Shown: positions 8,676-18,777 of the stretch, one piece after another | Position numbering within the stretch: position 1 is the first letter of the stretch | Layout of the letters: each line of letters begins with the position of its first letter | Assembly (NCBI GenBank): GCA_963785725.1 | Contig: CAWAWS010000005.1 | Span: forward strand, 128,001 to 192,000 | DNA length: 64,000 nucleotides | Source: an uncultured delta proteobacterium | GTDB taxonomy: Bacteria; Myxococcota_A; Polyangia; Palsa-1104 | Direction: 5' to 3' | The notes under the pieces: generated by a model | Databases searched by the model: none | Told to the model about the DNA's origin: nothing | Seen by the model: only the letters and a program-made list of their open reading frames with translations | Position numbers and translations under genes: made by a program

Positions 8676-10512
8676 GCGCCGCCCCACCCTTCAACGTGAA
8701 CGAGAACGTCGCGCCCTGTTCCGGCGCGCCGACGGCGAAGACTTCGCCGCCGTGACGATGAATGATGCGCTTGACGCTCGCGAGGCCGATGCCCATCCCG
8801 GGAAACTGATTGACGCCGTGGAGCCGCTGGAACGGGCCGAACAGCTTCTCCAGATAGCGCATGTCGAAGCCGGCGCCGTCGTCGCGGACGAAGTAGCGCG
8901 GCGTTCCCTGCACGACCTCCACGCCGAACTCGATGCGCGCCGTGGCGTGCTGCGACGTGTACTTCCACGCGTTGCCGATGAGGTTCTCCAAGACGGCGCG
9001 AATCAGCGCCGGATCGGCGCTGTCGACGAGACCGGGCGCGATGACGAACTCGACCTTCCGCTCCGGCTGCGAGCTCGTCAGGTCAGCCGCGGTCTTGCGC
9101 GCCAGGTCGCTCAGGTCGACAGTCTCGCGATTGAGCTTGGCGCGACCGAGCCGCGCCAAATTCAGGAGGTCGTCGATGAGCCGCGCCATCCGCTGCGACG
9201 ACTGCCGGATGCGCCCGAGGTAGTCGCGGCCGACGGCGTCGAGCTTGTCCGCGTACATGTCGCAGAGCTCGCTGGCGAAGCCATCCATGCTGCGCAAGGG
9301 CGCGCGCAGATCGTGCGACACGGAGTAGCTGAAGGCTTCCAGCTCGTCGTACGCCTTGCGCAGCGCCTCCTCGGCGATCTTGCGCTCGGTGATGTCGCGC
9401 GTGACCTTGGAGTAGCCGCGCAGCGTGCCCGACGTGTCGCGCAGCGCGGTGATGATGACGTTGGCCCAAAAACGGGTGCCGTCCTTGCGCACGCGCCAGC
9501 CGTAGTCTTCGAAGGTGCCCTCGGCGGCGGCGACGCGCAGCTCGGTGGCGGTCTTGCCGGCGGCGACGTCTTCGACGGGATAGAAGCGCTCGAAGCTCTG
9601 CCCGATGATCTCATCGGCGGTCCAGCCTTTGATGCGCTCGGCGCCGGCATTCCAGCTGATGATATGGCCGGTCGGGTCGAGCATGATGATGGCGTAGTCC
9701 TTGACGCTGGCCACCATCGAGCGGAAGCGCTCCTCGCTCTCGCGCAGCTGCTGCTCGGCGCGCCGCCGCTCACTCAGATCGCGCGTGACCTTGGAGTAGC
9801 CGATGAGGTCGCCGTTGTCGTCGCGGAGCGCGGTGATGACGACGTTGGCCCAAAAGCGGCTGCCGTCCTTGCGCACGCGCCAGCCTTCGTCCTCGTAGCG
9901 TCCCACCTCGGCCGCGACCTCGAGCTCGTGCTGCGGATGGTTACGGGCCAAGTCCTCTTCGGTGTAAAACCGCGTAAAGTTCTTGCCCACGATCTCGTGC
10001 GCTTGATAGCCCTTGAGCGCCTGCGCGCCGGCGTTCCAGCTCTGGATCGTGCCGTCCACGCCCAAGAGCAAGATGGCGTAGTCTCGAACGCTGTCGACGA
10101 GCAGGCGATGTTTTTGCTCGTTCGCGCGCCGCTCCGACAGGTTGCGCGTGACCATGCCGTAGCCGCGGACGATGCCGCTCTCGTCGTACAGCGGCGTAAC
10201 GATGACGTTGGCCCAGAAGCGGCTGCCGTCTTTGCGCAGTCGCCAGCCTTCTTCCTCGAAGCGGCCGACTTCGCGCGCGATCTCCAGCTCGTGATCGGGC
10301 TTGTGCGCGGCGACGTCTTCGGGCGGATAGAACGTGGAAAAGTGGCGACCGATGATCTCGGCGCCCGAGAACCCGTTCATGCGCTCGGCGCCACGGTTCC
10401 AGGTCCGTACTCGACCGGTCGTATCGAGCATGCAGATCCCGTAGTCGCCGATGCCATCGACGAGCAGTCGGAAGTCCTCTTCGCCAGCTTCTGGGACGAA
10501 GGCTGGAATCAT
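8668..10512 (-). CDS. Cytoplasmic sensor histidine kinase with three tandem PAS/PAC domains
   Basis: Three copies of WNxGA..EIxG..F..FY..GWRxRKDGxRFWANV; SHDLRAPLR H-box, NLIGNAWKY, GxGIGL. Confidence 0.92.
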   Translation of the reverse strand: MIPAFVPEAGEEDFRLLVDGIGDYGICMLDTTGRVRTWNRGAERMNGFSGAEIIGRHFSTFYPPEDVAAHKPDHELEIAREVGRFEEEGWRLRKDGSRFWANVIVTPLYDESGIVRGYGMVTRNLSERRANEQKHRLLVDSVRDYAILLLGVDGTIQSWNAGAQALKGYQAHEIVGKNFTRFYTEEDLARNHPQHELEVAAEVGRYEDEGWRVRKDGSRFWANVVITALRDDNGDLIGYSKVTRDLSERRRAEQQLRESEERFRSMVASVKDYAIIMLDPTGHIISWNAGAERIKGWTADEIIGQSFERFYPVEDVAAGKTATELRVAAAEGTFEDYGWRVRKDGTRFWANVIITALRDTSGTLRGYSKVTRDITERKIAEEALRKAYDELEAFSYSVSHDLRAPLRSMDGFASELCDMYADKLDAVGRDYLGRIRQSSQRMARLIDDLLNLARLGRAKLNRETVDLSDLARKTAADLTSSQPERKVEFVIAPGLVDSADPALIRAVLENLIGNAWKYTSQHATARIEFGVEVVQGTPRYFVRDDGAGFDMRYLEKLFGPFQRLHGVNQFPGMGIGLASVKRIIHRHGGEVFAVGAPEQGATFSFTLKGGAAHG

Positions 10513-10804
10513 TCGGCTCGTAAACGCATGCAGAATTTGAAGTATACGCCGCGAAACTCCGATGGCCAGGGCTCGACCCTACGTAGCGTCGGGCCAATCG
10601 CGTCGTGACGCTCGCGTCCCAGCGAGCGTATTGGCGGAGGTCCATGGCCCGAGGCGAGCCAGCCCTCGGACCGGCATTTGCCGAGCACGAAGGTGTTTGC
10701 GTTGGCGATTCGCTTCTGGCTAAGAATGTGTGGAAACGCCAAGGCCGCTCGCGGGCTGCGTGACCGCCGAGCATGAAGAGGCCGCTGAGGCAGAGGAGTT
10801 AGGC

Positions 10805-11143
10805 ATGCCGCGATACCTGATCTCGTTCGACGATGGAGCGATGACCTTCCCCGAAGAGGATCTGCCCGCCGTCGGCGAAGCCGCACACGCGGTGGTCCGG
10901 CAGGCCCAGGAGGCAGGCGTATGGATCTTCGGCGGCGGAGTCAGAAGCCAGCGAGCGAGCATCGTGGCGACCGACGGCAAGGTCACCGACGGCCCGTCGC
11001 CTGAGACCAAGGCGATCATCGGCGGATTCTCGATCATCGACGTGCCCTCACGCGAAGAGGCGCTCGCTTGGGCTGCCAAGATAGCCGTCGCCTGCCGCTG
11101 CGCACAGGAGGTCCGGGAGCTCATGTTCGATCCGCTCGTCTGA
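10805..11143 (+). CDS. YciI/DGPF-family protein
   Basis: RBS GAGGAG; VTDGPSPETKAIIGGFSII..SREEALAWA..QEVRE. Confidence 0.85.
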   Translation: MPRYLISFDDGAMTFPEEDLPAVGEAAHAVVRQAQEAGVWIFGGGVRSQRASIVATDGKVTDGPSPETKAIIGGFSIIDVPSREEALAWAAKIAVACRCAQEVRELMFDPLV

Positions 11144-11173
11144 TCCATCCCCTCAGTCGCTGACTCGGTCTGT

Positions 11174-11338
11174 TTAGCGCGGCCGGACGTCGCTGACGAA
11201 CGTCGCGCGGGCCGTGGCGACCGGCGCGGCTCGGGCGTCGACCGTACAGCCCGAGCAAGCCATCAGCGCCAGCATCGCCAGCCCCAGCATCGCCAGCATG
11301 GCCAGCATCGCCAGCGTTTGGAGATATCGCGTCGTCAC
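11174..11338 (-). CDS. Putative small (54 aa) lipoprotein with LAM-repeat signal peptide
   Basis: GTG 11338: MTTRYLQTLAMLAMLAMLGLAMLALMACSGC. The hydrophobic core is built from 9-bp repeats. Confidence 0.3.
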   Translation of the reverse strand: MTTRYLQTLAMLAMLAMLGLAMLALMACSGCTVDARAAPVATARATFVSDVRPR

Positions 11339-11622
11339 CGTCGTCGGTCTAGGCACTCGCGGCGACGTGTCTATAAAGCGGCCATGCGCTGCTGCTCGCG
11401 ACGCACGTTCGCCCTGCTCGTCCGCGGCACCGGCAGCGCGCTCGCCGCCTGCGCACGCTCGACGCCGACGGTCACCGCCTCGGGGAGTCAGCTGACGTCG
11501 AGCGACGCGGCCTCTCCGGCGCCGGCCGAGCCGGATCCCGCGATGCCCGGCGACGCGAGCCGCTCCGCTGTCTGCGCGCTTCGGTCGCGCCACGTCGGCC
11601 ACCGAACCAAGGAGAGCGATCG

Positions 11623-12078
11623 ATGAGTACGATGCTGTCGAAGCTGGCGCTCGTCGCCGCGTTGGACTGCGCCTGCGCGCTACCCGCCGCTGCGCAAGCG
11701 CCGCCAGCCGCCAAGAAGGCGGCACGGGTGACGATTGCGCAGCCGCCGGCGACGGAGCTGGTGCAGGCCGAGATGGCCGTCATCCGCTGGACGACCAACA
11801 ATCCGGGCGGGACCGACCTGCACTTCGCGGCCGTCTACTACGGCGTCGATCCCGCGCACCTGAACCTGGCCGCGACGGCGCCGATTCGCATCAATCGCGA
11901 CGAGAGCGAGACGACGTTTCGCGTGCGCCTGGGCGGCCTCGCGCCCTACACCACCTATTACTACCGGGTCGGATCGTTCGAGAGCACCGGCGTCAGCGAC
12001 GGCGTGACCAGCGCCGTCGCGCAATTCACGACGCCCGGCGTCGGCGAGCGCGTCGCCACCCGGCCGCAGCGGCCGTAG
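11623..12078 (+). CDS. Secreted fibronectin type III-like domain protein
   Basis: RBS GGAG, signal peptide, AVIRWTTN..VYYG..VRLGGLAPYTTYYYRVGS. Confidence 0.75.
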   Translation: MSTMLSKLALVAALDCACALPAAAQAPPAAKKAARVTIAQPPATELVQAEMAVIRWTTNNPGGTDLHFAAVYYGVDPAHLNLAATAPIRINRDESETTFRVRLGGLAPYTTYYYRVGSFESTGVSDGVTSAVAQFTTPGVGERVATRPQRP

Positions 12079-12144
12079 CCGACGCGTCGGCGTCGCACGC
12101 CTCGGCCTGACGCGACGCTTCAATCGGCTGTGCGCGCTCGACCG

Positions 12145-13281
12145 CTAGAATCCGCCGTCCGGCTTCGCGTTCCGCGCGCGGATCGCCTCTTCCGTCCGCG
12201 GAACCAGCGTCTCGAGCCCGACCCGCACCGCTTCCGCCTGAACCTCGTCGATGAACGGGCGCAGCTTCTCCTCGTACTCACGAAAGGCCGCCGCGTAGTC
12301 GCCGCCGTGCGCGCGCATGGCGTCCGCCAGCGCGGCCGCGCCGTCGATGGCGAGCGAGCCGCCCATCCCGGCTGCCGGCGACGGGCAGTAGCCGGCATCG
12401 CCCACCAGCGCCACTCGGCCGCGCGACCAGGCGGGCATTCGAATCTGGCACAGCTTGTCGAAGTAGAAGCTCGTCGAGCCCTCGACCTCGCGCAACAGCT
12501 CGGCGGTCCGCCAGCCCACGCCGGCGAACGCTTCGCGGATGATGCGCCGCTGCTGCGCCTCGTCGCGATAATCGTACGGCAGCTCGGCCTCGGCGACGAA
12601 GCCGAAGATGACGTCGGTCTTGTTCTTGTAGGCGTTGAGCATCACGGCCTTGCCCGGCACGTTGAACAGCTGCGCCGTGTCGCGCTCGATGAGCAGCTTG
12701 TCCACGATCGTGATCGAGAAGTACTGCTGCAAAAAGTGCGTGTACTGCGCCTCGTCGCCGAACCAGAGCTTGCGCACGCCCGAATGCACGCCGTCGCAGC
12801 CGAGCACCAAGTCGAACGAGCGGCGTGCGCCCTTGGCGAACGTGACGTCGACGCCACCGACGCCATCCGCCGCCTCGCTCAGCGCGACGATGCTGTCGCC
12901 GAAGACGAGCTCACAGCGGCCTCCGACGGCCTCGAACAGGATGTGCAAGAGCGCGTTGCGCTCGATCTCGAACTCATCCTCCGACGGCGGCGCGCCCTCC
13001 GCCCGCACGATGAGCGCGCGCTCGGTGCGGTCGTCGGCGTTCTTCAGCTCCCACCGCTGTAGGCTGAGGCGATTGGCGCGGATGGGCTCGAAGATCCCCA
13101 TGCGCTTGACGATGTCGACGGTGTTGCCGCGGATGTCGACCGCCGTGCCGCCGGTCCGCAGCCCCGGGCCGATCTCGACGACGGTCACGTCGTAGCCGAG
13201 CTGGCTCATCCAATACGCCGACGAGAGGCCGGCGAAGCTCGCTCCCGAGACGAGGACCTTCTTGCCGTTAGACGCGCTCAT
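12145..13281 (-). CDS. FAD-dependent monooxygenase (class A; tetracycline-destructase/MabTetX-like family)
   Basis: SGASFAG Rossmann motif, GGTAVDIRG, DLVLGCDGVHS, FYFD, WSRGRVALVGDAGYCPSPAAGMG. Confidence 0.85.
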   Translation of the reverse strand: MSASNGKKVLVSGASFAGLSSAYWMSQLGYDVTVVEIGPGLRTGGTAVDIRGNTVDIVKRMGIFEPIRANRLSLQRWELKNADDRTERALIVRAEGAPPSEDEFEIERNALLHILFEAVGGRCELVFGDSIVALSEAADGVGGVDVTFAKGARRSFDLVLGCDGVHSGVRKLWFGDEAQYTHFLQQYFSITIVDKLLIERDTAQLFNVPGKAVMLNAYKNKTDVIFGFVAEAELPYDYRDEAQQRRIIREAFAGVGWRTAELLREVEGSTSFYFDKLCQIRMPAWSRGRVALVGDAGYCPSPAAGMGGSLAIDGAAALADAMRAHGGDYAAAFREYEEKLRPFIDEVQAEAVRVGLETLVPRTEEAIRARNAKPDGGF

Positions 13282-13326
13282 GGGTTGTCCCTTTTCCATC
13301 GCGCCGCCATCGCAGCGCTCGACTCG

Positions 13327-13383
13327 AGAAATATTATACTCAATAAAACTTTCTGCCAGGATATTTTTACCGGACACAAAATT
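13327..13383. promoter_or_regulatory. Tandem AT-rich TetR operator-like sites
   Basis: Two related imperfect palindromes, ATATTATACTCAATAAAACT and ATATTTTTACCGGACACAAAATT, between the divergent monooxygenase and TetR genes. Confidence 0.6.
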
Positions 13384-13422
13384 CGTCATTTGCCGGGCGG
13401 GCTTCGGCTATGCTCGACGGCC

Positions 13423-14037
13423 ATGGGCGAGCTGCGCGAGAGCAAGAAGCGGAAGACCCGGCAGCGAATCTCCGACGTGGCCACCGTGCTGTTCTTCGCG
13501 CGCGGCTTCGACGAGGTGACGCTCGACGAGATCGCGCTCGCCGCGAAGGTGTCGAAGATGACGGTCTTCAACTACTTCGCCCGCAAAGAAGAGCTGATGC
13601 TCGATCGCGAGGACGACCTCAAGCTGCTGCCCTTCCGGCAAGCGCTGCGCGAGCGGCCAAAAGGACAGGCGCCCATCGACGCGCTGCGCGCCCTCGTCGC
13701 GGCGCTGAGCGCGGCCAGGCATCCGCTCTTGCACGTCGATGGCCAGACGGTGGGCTGGTGGCGCATCATCGCCGCCAGCGCGCCGCTCAAGGCGCGCCTG
13801 CGCGAGCTCGCGGACGAGGCGGCCGAGGGGCTGGCGGTCGAGCTCGGGGGGGCGAAGCCCGACGGCCGGGCGCGGCTCACGGCCGGGATGATCGTGCTGA
13901 CGATGCGCACGGCGCGCGAAGAGGCGATTCGCCTAGTCGAGCGCGGCGCGTCGGCCAAGAAGGCGAATGCGGCACTCCTGGCCTTGATGGAGCGCGGCTT
14001 TTCGGCGGTCGAAGCGCTGGCGGCGAGCGCGAGGTAA
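13423..14037 (+). CDS. TetR/AcrR family transcriptional regulator
   Basis: LRESKKRKTRQRI..LFFARGFDEVTLDEIA..VSKMTVFNYFARKEEL HTH. Confidence 0.92.
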   Translation: MGELRESKKRKTRQRISDVATVLFFARGFDEVTLDEIALAAKVSKMTVFNYFARKEELMLDREDDLKLLPFRQALRERPKGQAPIDALRALVAALSAARHPLLHVDGQTVGWWRIIAASAPLKARLRELADEAAEGLAVELGGAKPDGRARLTAGMIVLTMRTAREEAIRLVERGASAKKANAALLALMERGFSAVEALAASAR

Positions 14038-14066
14038 AGCGCGGCGAGCGCGCTGGCGGCGCGGAA

Positions 14067-15452
14067 TCAAGCCGACGGCAGGCGAACGACGAAGGTCGAT
14101 CCGGCGCCGAGCTCGCTGCGCACCGCGACCCGTCCGCCGTGGGCCTCGACGATCGCCTTGACGAAGCTGAGGCCGAGACCGAGACCGCGCGCGCTGCGAC
14201 TTTGGTCGGCGCGATAGAGCCGCAGCCAGATGCGCGGCAGGTCGTCGGCGGCGATCCCGAGGCCACGGTCGGCCACGGTCAAGGTCGTGAAGTCGCCGTC
14301 ACGCGCCGTCGTGAGCTCGACCTGCGCGCCGAGCGGCGAGTATTTGATGGCGTTGTCGAGCAGGTTCGCGACCACCTGGCGCAGCCGATTGGCATCGGCC
14401 GCGACGGTGGTCCCCGCTTCGAGGTGCGTCACGATGCGAACGCCACGCTCGTCGGCGACGTGCTGATAGAGCTCGATGGTCTCACGCACGAGCGCGCTCA
14501 GCTCGACCGCCGTCCGGTCGAGCTTCATGACGCCCGTCTCCGCCTCCGAGATGTCCATCAGCGTCTGCAACATCGCCAGCACCCGCTCGGACTCCTCGAT
14601 CGTGTCGGCCAGCGCGTCGCGCAGCTGTCCGCCGGCGGCGGGGCCGGCGAGCGCGACCTCGGCGCCGGTGCGCAGCCGCGTCAGCGGCGTCCGTAGATCG
14701 TGGGCGACGTTGTCGAGCGCCTCGCGCATGCCGCGCACCAGCGCCTGATTGCGCGCCAACACGCCGTTGAACAGCCGCGCCAGCACGTCGAGCTCGTCGC
14801 GCGTGCCGCGCTCGGGCAGGCGCAGCGACAGGTCGCCCGACGTCAGCACCGCGTCGGCGGTGGCGGCGAACGCCTGCACGGGCCGCAGCGCGCGGCGCAT
14901 GAGGAAGAAGCCGCCGATGAGACCGAGCACGACGGCGCCCATCCAGACGGCGACGAGCCCGGCGCGCAGGTGACCGACCAGCTCGCGCGTCTGATCGTCG
15001 CTGATGGCGAGCTCGAGCCAGCGTCCGTGGCTGAGCGGCGTCGCGGCCATGCTCCACGTCGACCCATCGCTCGACGCGTGCACGGCGCGCACGTGGGGCG
15101 AGCCGCTCTTGGAATCGACCGTCGCGGCGTCGAAGGCCAGCGCCGCCACCGACCGGTGCTCGAAGAGCGTGACGTCGGCGCCGTCGCTGACGCGCACGTA
15201 GAGTGCCCGCGGCGCGTTGGCCGCACTCTCGCTGAGCGCCTGCACGCCGGCCAGCCCGCGCGTCTCGAACGCCACTTTGTGCGCGTTCAAGTCGGCGGTG
15301 ACGGTCTCGACGATCTGCCGATGAATCGACGCGTGAATGCGGAAGACGGCGAGACCGGCGATGAGCGCGGTGCTGCCGACGAAGACGAGCGCGTACCAAG
15401 CGGTCAGACGCAGCCCAATCGAGCGCAGCCAGTCAGTCTTTGCGGAGGACAT
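14067..15452 (-). CDS. Membrane sensor histidine kinase (2TM-HAMP-HisKA-HATPase)
   Basis: Two TM segments, HAMP, AHDLRTPL, NLLDNAIKY, DRGLGI, GLGLGL. Confidence 0.92.
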   Translation of the reverse strand: MSSAKTDWLRSIGLRLTAWYALVFVGSTALIAGLAVFRIHASIHRQIVETVTADLNAHKVAFETRGLAGVQALSESAANAPRALYVRVSDGADVTLFEHRSVAALAFDAATVDSKSGSPHVRAVHASSDGSTWSMAATPLSHGRWLELAISDDQTRELVGHLRAGLVAVWMGAVVLGLIGGFFLMRRALRPVQAFAATADAVLTSGDLSLRLPERGTRDELDVLARLFNGVLARNQALVRGMREALDNVAHDLRTPLTRLRTGAEVALAGPAAGGQLRDALADTIEESERVLAMLQTLMDISEAETGVMKLDRTAVELSALVRETIELYQHVADERGVRIVTHLEAGTTVAADANRLRQVVANLLDNAIKYSPLGAQVELTTARDGDFTTLTVADRGLGIAADDLPRIWLRLYRADQSRSARGLGLGLSFVKAIVEAHGGRVAVRSELGAGSTFVVRLPSA

Positions 15453-16110
15453 AGCCGACTCCGCGCAGCGTATGGATGAGCTTCACCGGGAAATCGCGAT
15501 CGACCTTGCGCCGCAGCCGGCTGACCAGCACGTCGACGACGTTGGTCTGCGGATCGAACGAGTAGCTCCACACGTGCTCGAGGATCATCGTCTTCGAGAG
15601 CACGCGGTCGGCGTTGCGCAGGAGATAGGCCAGCAACGTGAACTCGCGCGCCTGCAGCTCGATGGAGTGACCGTCGCGGGTGACGCGCCGCGACTCGAGG
15701 TCGAGCGCGAGGTCGGCGTAGACGAGCTGCTTGGCCTGCTCGGCCGCGCTGCTCGAGCGACGGACGAGCGCGTGCAGGCGCGCCAGCAGCTCGGCGAACG
15801 AGAACGGCTTGGTCAGGTAGTCGTCGGCGCCCGCGGACAGGCCGGTGACGCGGTCGGCGACGTCGCTCTTGGCGCTGAGGATGAGGACCGGCACGTGCCG
15901 GCGCAGGCGACGGACCTCGCCGAGGACGCTCAGCCCATCGCGTCCAGGCAGCATGAGGTCGAGGATGATGGCTTCGAACGGACCGTCGAGCGCCAGGCGG
16001 CAGCCCGCTTCGCCGTCGCGGCTCCAGTCGACGACGTGGCCCTCCTGACGCAAGCCGTGGACGATGAACTGGCCGATCTTGTCATCGTCCTCGATGACGA
16101 GGATTCGCAT
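15433..16110 (-). CDS. OmpR-family response regulator (CusR/CzcR-like)
   Basis: MRILVIEDD, DLMLPGRDG, GADDYLTKPF, FDPQTNVVDVLVSRLRRK, HTLRGVGY. Confidence 0.93.
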   Translation of the reverse strand: MRILVIEDDDKIGQFIVHGLRQEGHVVDWSRDGEAGCRLALDGPFEAIILDLMLPGRDGLSVLGEVRRLRRHVPVLILSAKSDVADRVTGLSAGADDYLTKPFSFAELLARLHALVRRSSSAAEQAKQLVYADLALDLESRRVTRDGHSIELQAREFTLLAYLLRNADRVLSKTMILEHVWSYSFDPQTNVVDVLVSRLRRKVDRDFPVKLIHTLRGVGYVLRKD

Positions 16111-16166
16111 GGCGCTCGCTCATGAATGTACGCCGCCGGACGGTCGTCGCCATGTGCGGCGCCCGA

Positions 16167-16948
16167 TCACGAGCGGCGGGCGAGGATGGGCTCGACGCTG
16201 CCCGCCGCCGCCCAGCCGACGTGGCCGGCGCGGTCGTCGACGCGGACGAAGTCGCCATGGCGCGCGACGACCGCGACGGACGCGCCTTCGCCGACGTTGG
16301 CTTCGACGGCGGCGTTGGCGATGGGCGACAACAAGAGCGGCGTGCCGCCGCGCGCGATGACGATGGCGTCGTCGGCGCGCGGCCCGGCGAGCGCGAGCCC
16401 GGCCGTCGCGACCGCGCCGGCCACGAGCGCGGCGTAGGCCACGCGCCGGCACACGTGACGCCAGCGCGGTCGCATGACGACGCCGGCGACCGCCAGCGCC
16501 AGCAGCCACGCCGTCGCCACGACCCCACCGCCCCACTCGCGCGCCGACAGGAGCTGCGCCGCGCGCCGATAGGAGGGCGGCGTCGGCGACGGCAAGCCGG
16601 CGGCGAGCCGCGCCGCCGTCAGGTTGGCGACGACGGCCGGGTCGCGCGGCGCCAGCAGCTGCGCGCGCTCGTAGCTGACGATGGCGCGCCCGAGGCTGCC
16701 GTCCTTCTGGTAGGCGCTGCCGAGCTCGGAGAGCAGCGGCGCCGACCAGCCGGACTGGCGCACGATCGCTTCGTAGTCGGCGATGGCGTCGCGGTAACGT
16801 CCTTGGCTGACCGCGCGCTCGGCGTCGGCGCCGCGGTCGTTCTCGGCGGCCGCGGCATGCCGCCCAAGGTCGCGCCGCCGACCGCGAGCGCCAAAAGCCC
16901 GACGACCGCCAGGCGACGCGACGCGACGAAAGAGTGGCGAGTCGTCAT
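16167..16948 (-). CDS. batE: BatE-like TPR/SH3 protein (frameshift near 16860)
   Basis: ATG 16948 overlaps the batD stop. Signal peptide, then in another frame YRDAIADYEAIV..LGRAIVSYERAQLLAPRD, TM segments and an SH3-like end (HGDFVRV..GHVGW). Confidence 0.75.
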
Positions 16949-18774
16949 GGTCTCTCCTCCAATTGCTCGAGCTCGCGTGCGATCAGCGCCTCGTATTTGG
17001 GCAGCGTCGCGGCGGGCGGCAGGCGGCCGGCATAACGAATCTGCTCCGCCATCGACAGCGTCGCGACGATCGGGCGCGCCGGCTCGCCGAGGCGCCGCTC
17101 GACCTCGGCCGCCGTCACCTCGGCGGGCGCGACGCCCCAACGCGCGCCCAGCCGCTCCTGCAGCGCGGTTTGGGCGGCGGCGAAGAAGCGCGGCGGATCT
17201 TGCGCCTGCGCGGCCTCGTGCAGCGCCGCGCGTTGGGCCACGAGCCGGCCGCGGCGTCGGCGCCGTTGGGCGCGCGCGCTCGGCCGCCGCGGCCGACGGC
17301 TGGCCGCGAGCGCGGCGACCGCGAGCAGCGGCAGCGCGAGCAGCAGCCAGAACCACGCCTGTCGCGTCGGCGGCGTCAGCGTGGCCACGAAGTGCGGCGT
17401 CGTGGACCTCGCGACCGGCGACGGCGTGCCGGCGCCGGCGGCACGATCGTCCGCAGCCGCGACGGGAGGCGCCGTGGCGTCGCCGGTCGCCGGGGCCACG
17501 GCGACCGTCAAGGCCGCGGTCGAGCGCGTCACGTAGCGGCGCTGATCGGGATCGAAGAAGCTGAAGGCGATGGGCGGCAGCGCCACGTCACCGCTCGTCT
17601 GCGGCACGACCGCTTGCTCGAAGACCTTGCCGGCGACCGGCGCGCCGTTGGCCGGCGGCGGCACCGCGCGCGGCGGATAGCTCTTCCAGCGCGACGACGC
17701 CGGCAGCCCGGCGAGCGCCACGCGATCGAAGCTGCCCTTGCCGCTGACCGCGAGCTGCAGCGTCATCGGCTCGAAGGCGACGCCGGCGCTCGGCTGCAAG
17801 GTGGCGCGAAGGTCGAATTGGCCGACGGCGCCGCTGAAACCGGCCGGTGCGCCGGCCGGCAGCGGCTGCACGTCGATCATCTGCGGCGTCGAGCGCAGGG
17901 TCATCTCGCGCTCGCGCACCGGCGCGAACAGATCGTCGGCGTCGACGCCGAACGGCGAGCGGCTCATGAACGAGCGCAGCAGCGCCGACGAGGTCAAATC
18001 GTCGTCGGCCAAGCCCGCGAACGGATCGGACGCGGCCCGCCGCGAGGCCTCGCGATAGCGGGCGACGATGGGCAAGCTGACCTCGGCCGACTGGCTCCCC
18101 GACAACGCCGCCGTCGCGACGCCGGTCCAGGTGGCGACGCGATAGGGCACGCCGCCGACCGCTTCGACGCTCTGGCGCGGCTCGGTCGAGAGCTGGCTCA
18201 GCGTAAAGGCGGCGTTCGTCAGGCTCGGCGGCCCCGTCAAGGTCACCTCGGTGCCAGGGCGGAAGTAGGCCTTCAGCGTCACCGGCACCGCCTGCCCGAC
18301 GTAGAGCGACCGCTTGGGCCAGGCGACCCGCAAGAGCGCCACCGGCGAGCGCGCATCGGGCGCGTCGGGCTCGCTCACACCGCCGCGCTGCCGGTTGCCG
18401 GCCGCGGGCGCGCGACCCGCCGGCGCGACCTCGAGCCGCAGCGTCTGCCCGCCGACGGGAATGGCGAAGCTGCCCGGCCGCGAAGCCACCACCTGATACA
18501 GCTGGAACGTGTGCTGCGAGACGGCGCCGTTGATGACGGTCATCTCGCTGCTCTGTCCGCTCGGCTGAAAGCGCAGCCCGTCCACCGCCGGCAGCGCCGG
18601 CGACCGACCGCCGTCCGTCGCCACACGCAGCGTCGCCGCCTCGTCGAGCGCGATGCGCGGCGGCTGGAGCTCGGCGCTCGCCGCCGCCGCCCGGGCGACG
18701 CTGCCCGTGCCCAGCATCAGCAGCGCCAACGCGACGCCCAGCCCAAGCCCCACCCACTGTCGATTCCGTTTCAT
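16945..18774 (-). CDS. batD: BatD family protein
   Basis: Signal peptide, SSEMTVING, YVGQAV, PLPAGAPAGFSGAVGQF, FSFFDP..Y, C-terminal TM. Bat operon context. Confidence 0.88.
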   Translation of the reverse strand: MKRNRQWVGLGLGVALALLMLGTGSVARAAAASAELQPPRIALDEAATLRVATDGGRSPALPAVDGLRFQPSGQSSEMTVINGAVSQHTFQLYQVVASRPGSFAIPVGGQTLRLEVAPAGRAPAAGNRQRGGVSEPDAPDARSPVALLRVAWPKRSLYVGQAVPVTLKAYFRPGTEVTLTGPPSLTNAAFTLSQLSTEPRQSVEAVGGVPYRVATWTGVATAALSGSQSAEVSLPIVARYREASRRAASDPFAGLADDDLTSSALLRSFMSRSPFGVDADDLFAPVREREMTLRSTPQMIDVQPLPAGAPAGFSGAVGQFDLRATLQPSAGVAFEPMTLQLAVSGKGSFDRVALAGLPASSRWKSYPPRAVPPPANGAPVAGKVFEQAVVPQTSGDVALPPIAFSFFDPDQRRYVTRSTAALTVAVAPATGDATAPPVAAADDRAAGAGTPSPVARSTTPHFVATLTPPTRQAWFWLLLALPLLAVAALAASRRPRRPSARAQRRRRRGRLVAQRAALHEAAQAQDPPRFFAAAQTALQERLGARWGVAPAEVTAAEVERRLGEPARPIVATLSMAEQIRYAGRLPPAATLPKYEALIARELEQLEERP

Positions 18775-18777
18775 GGC

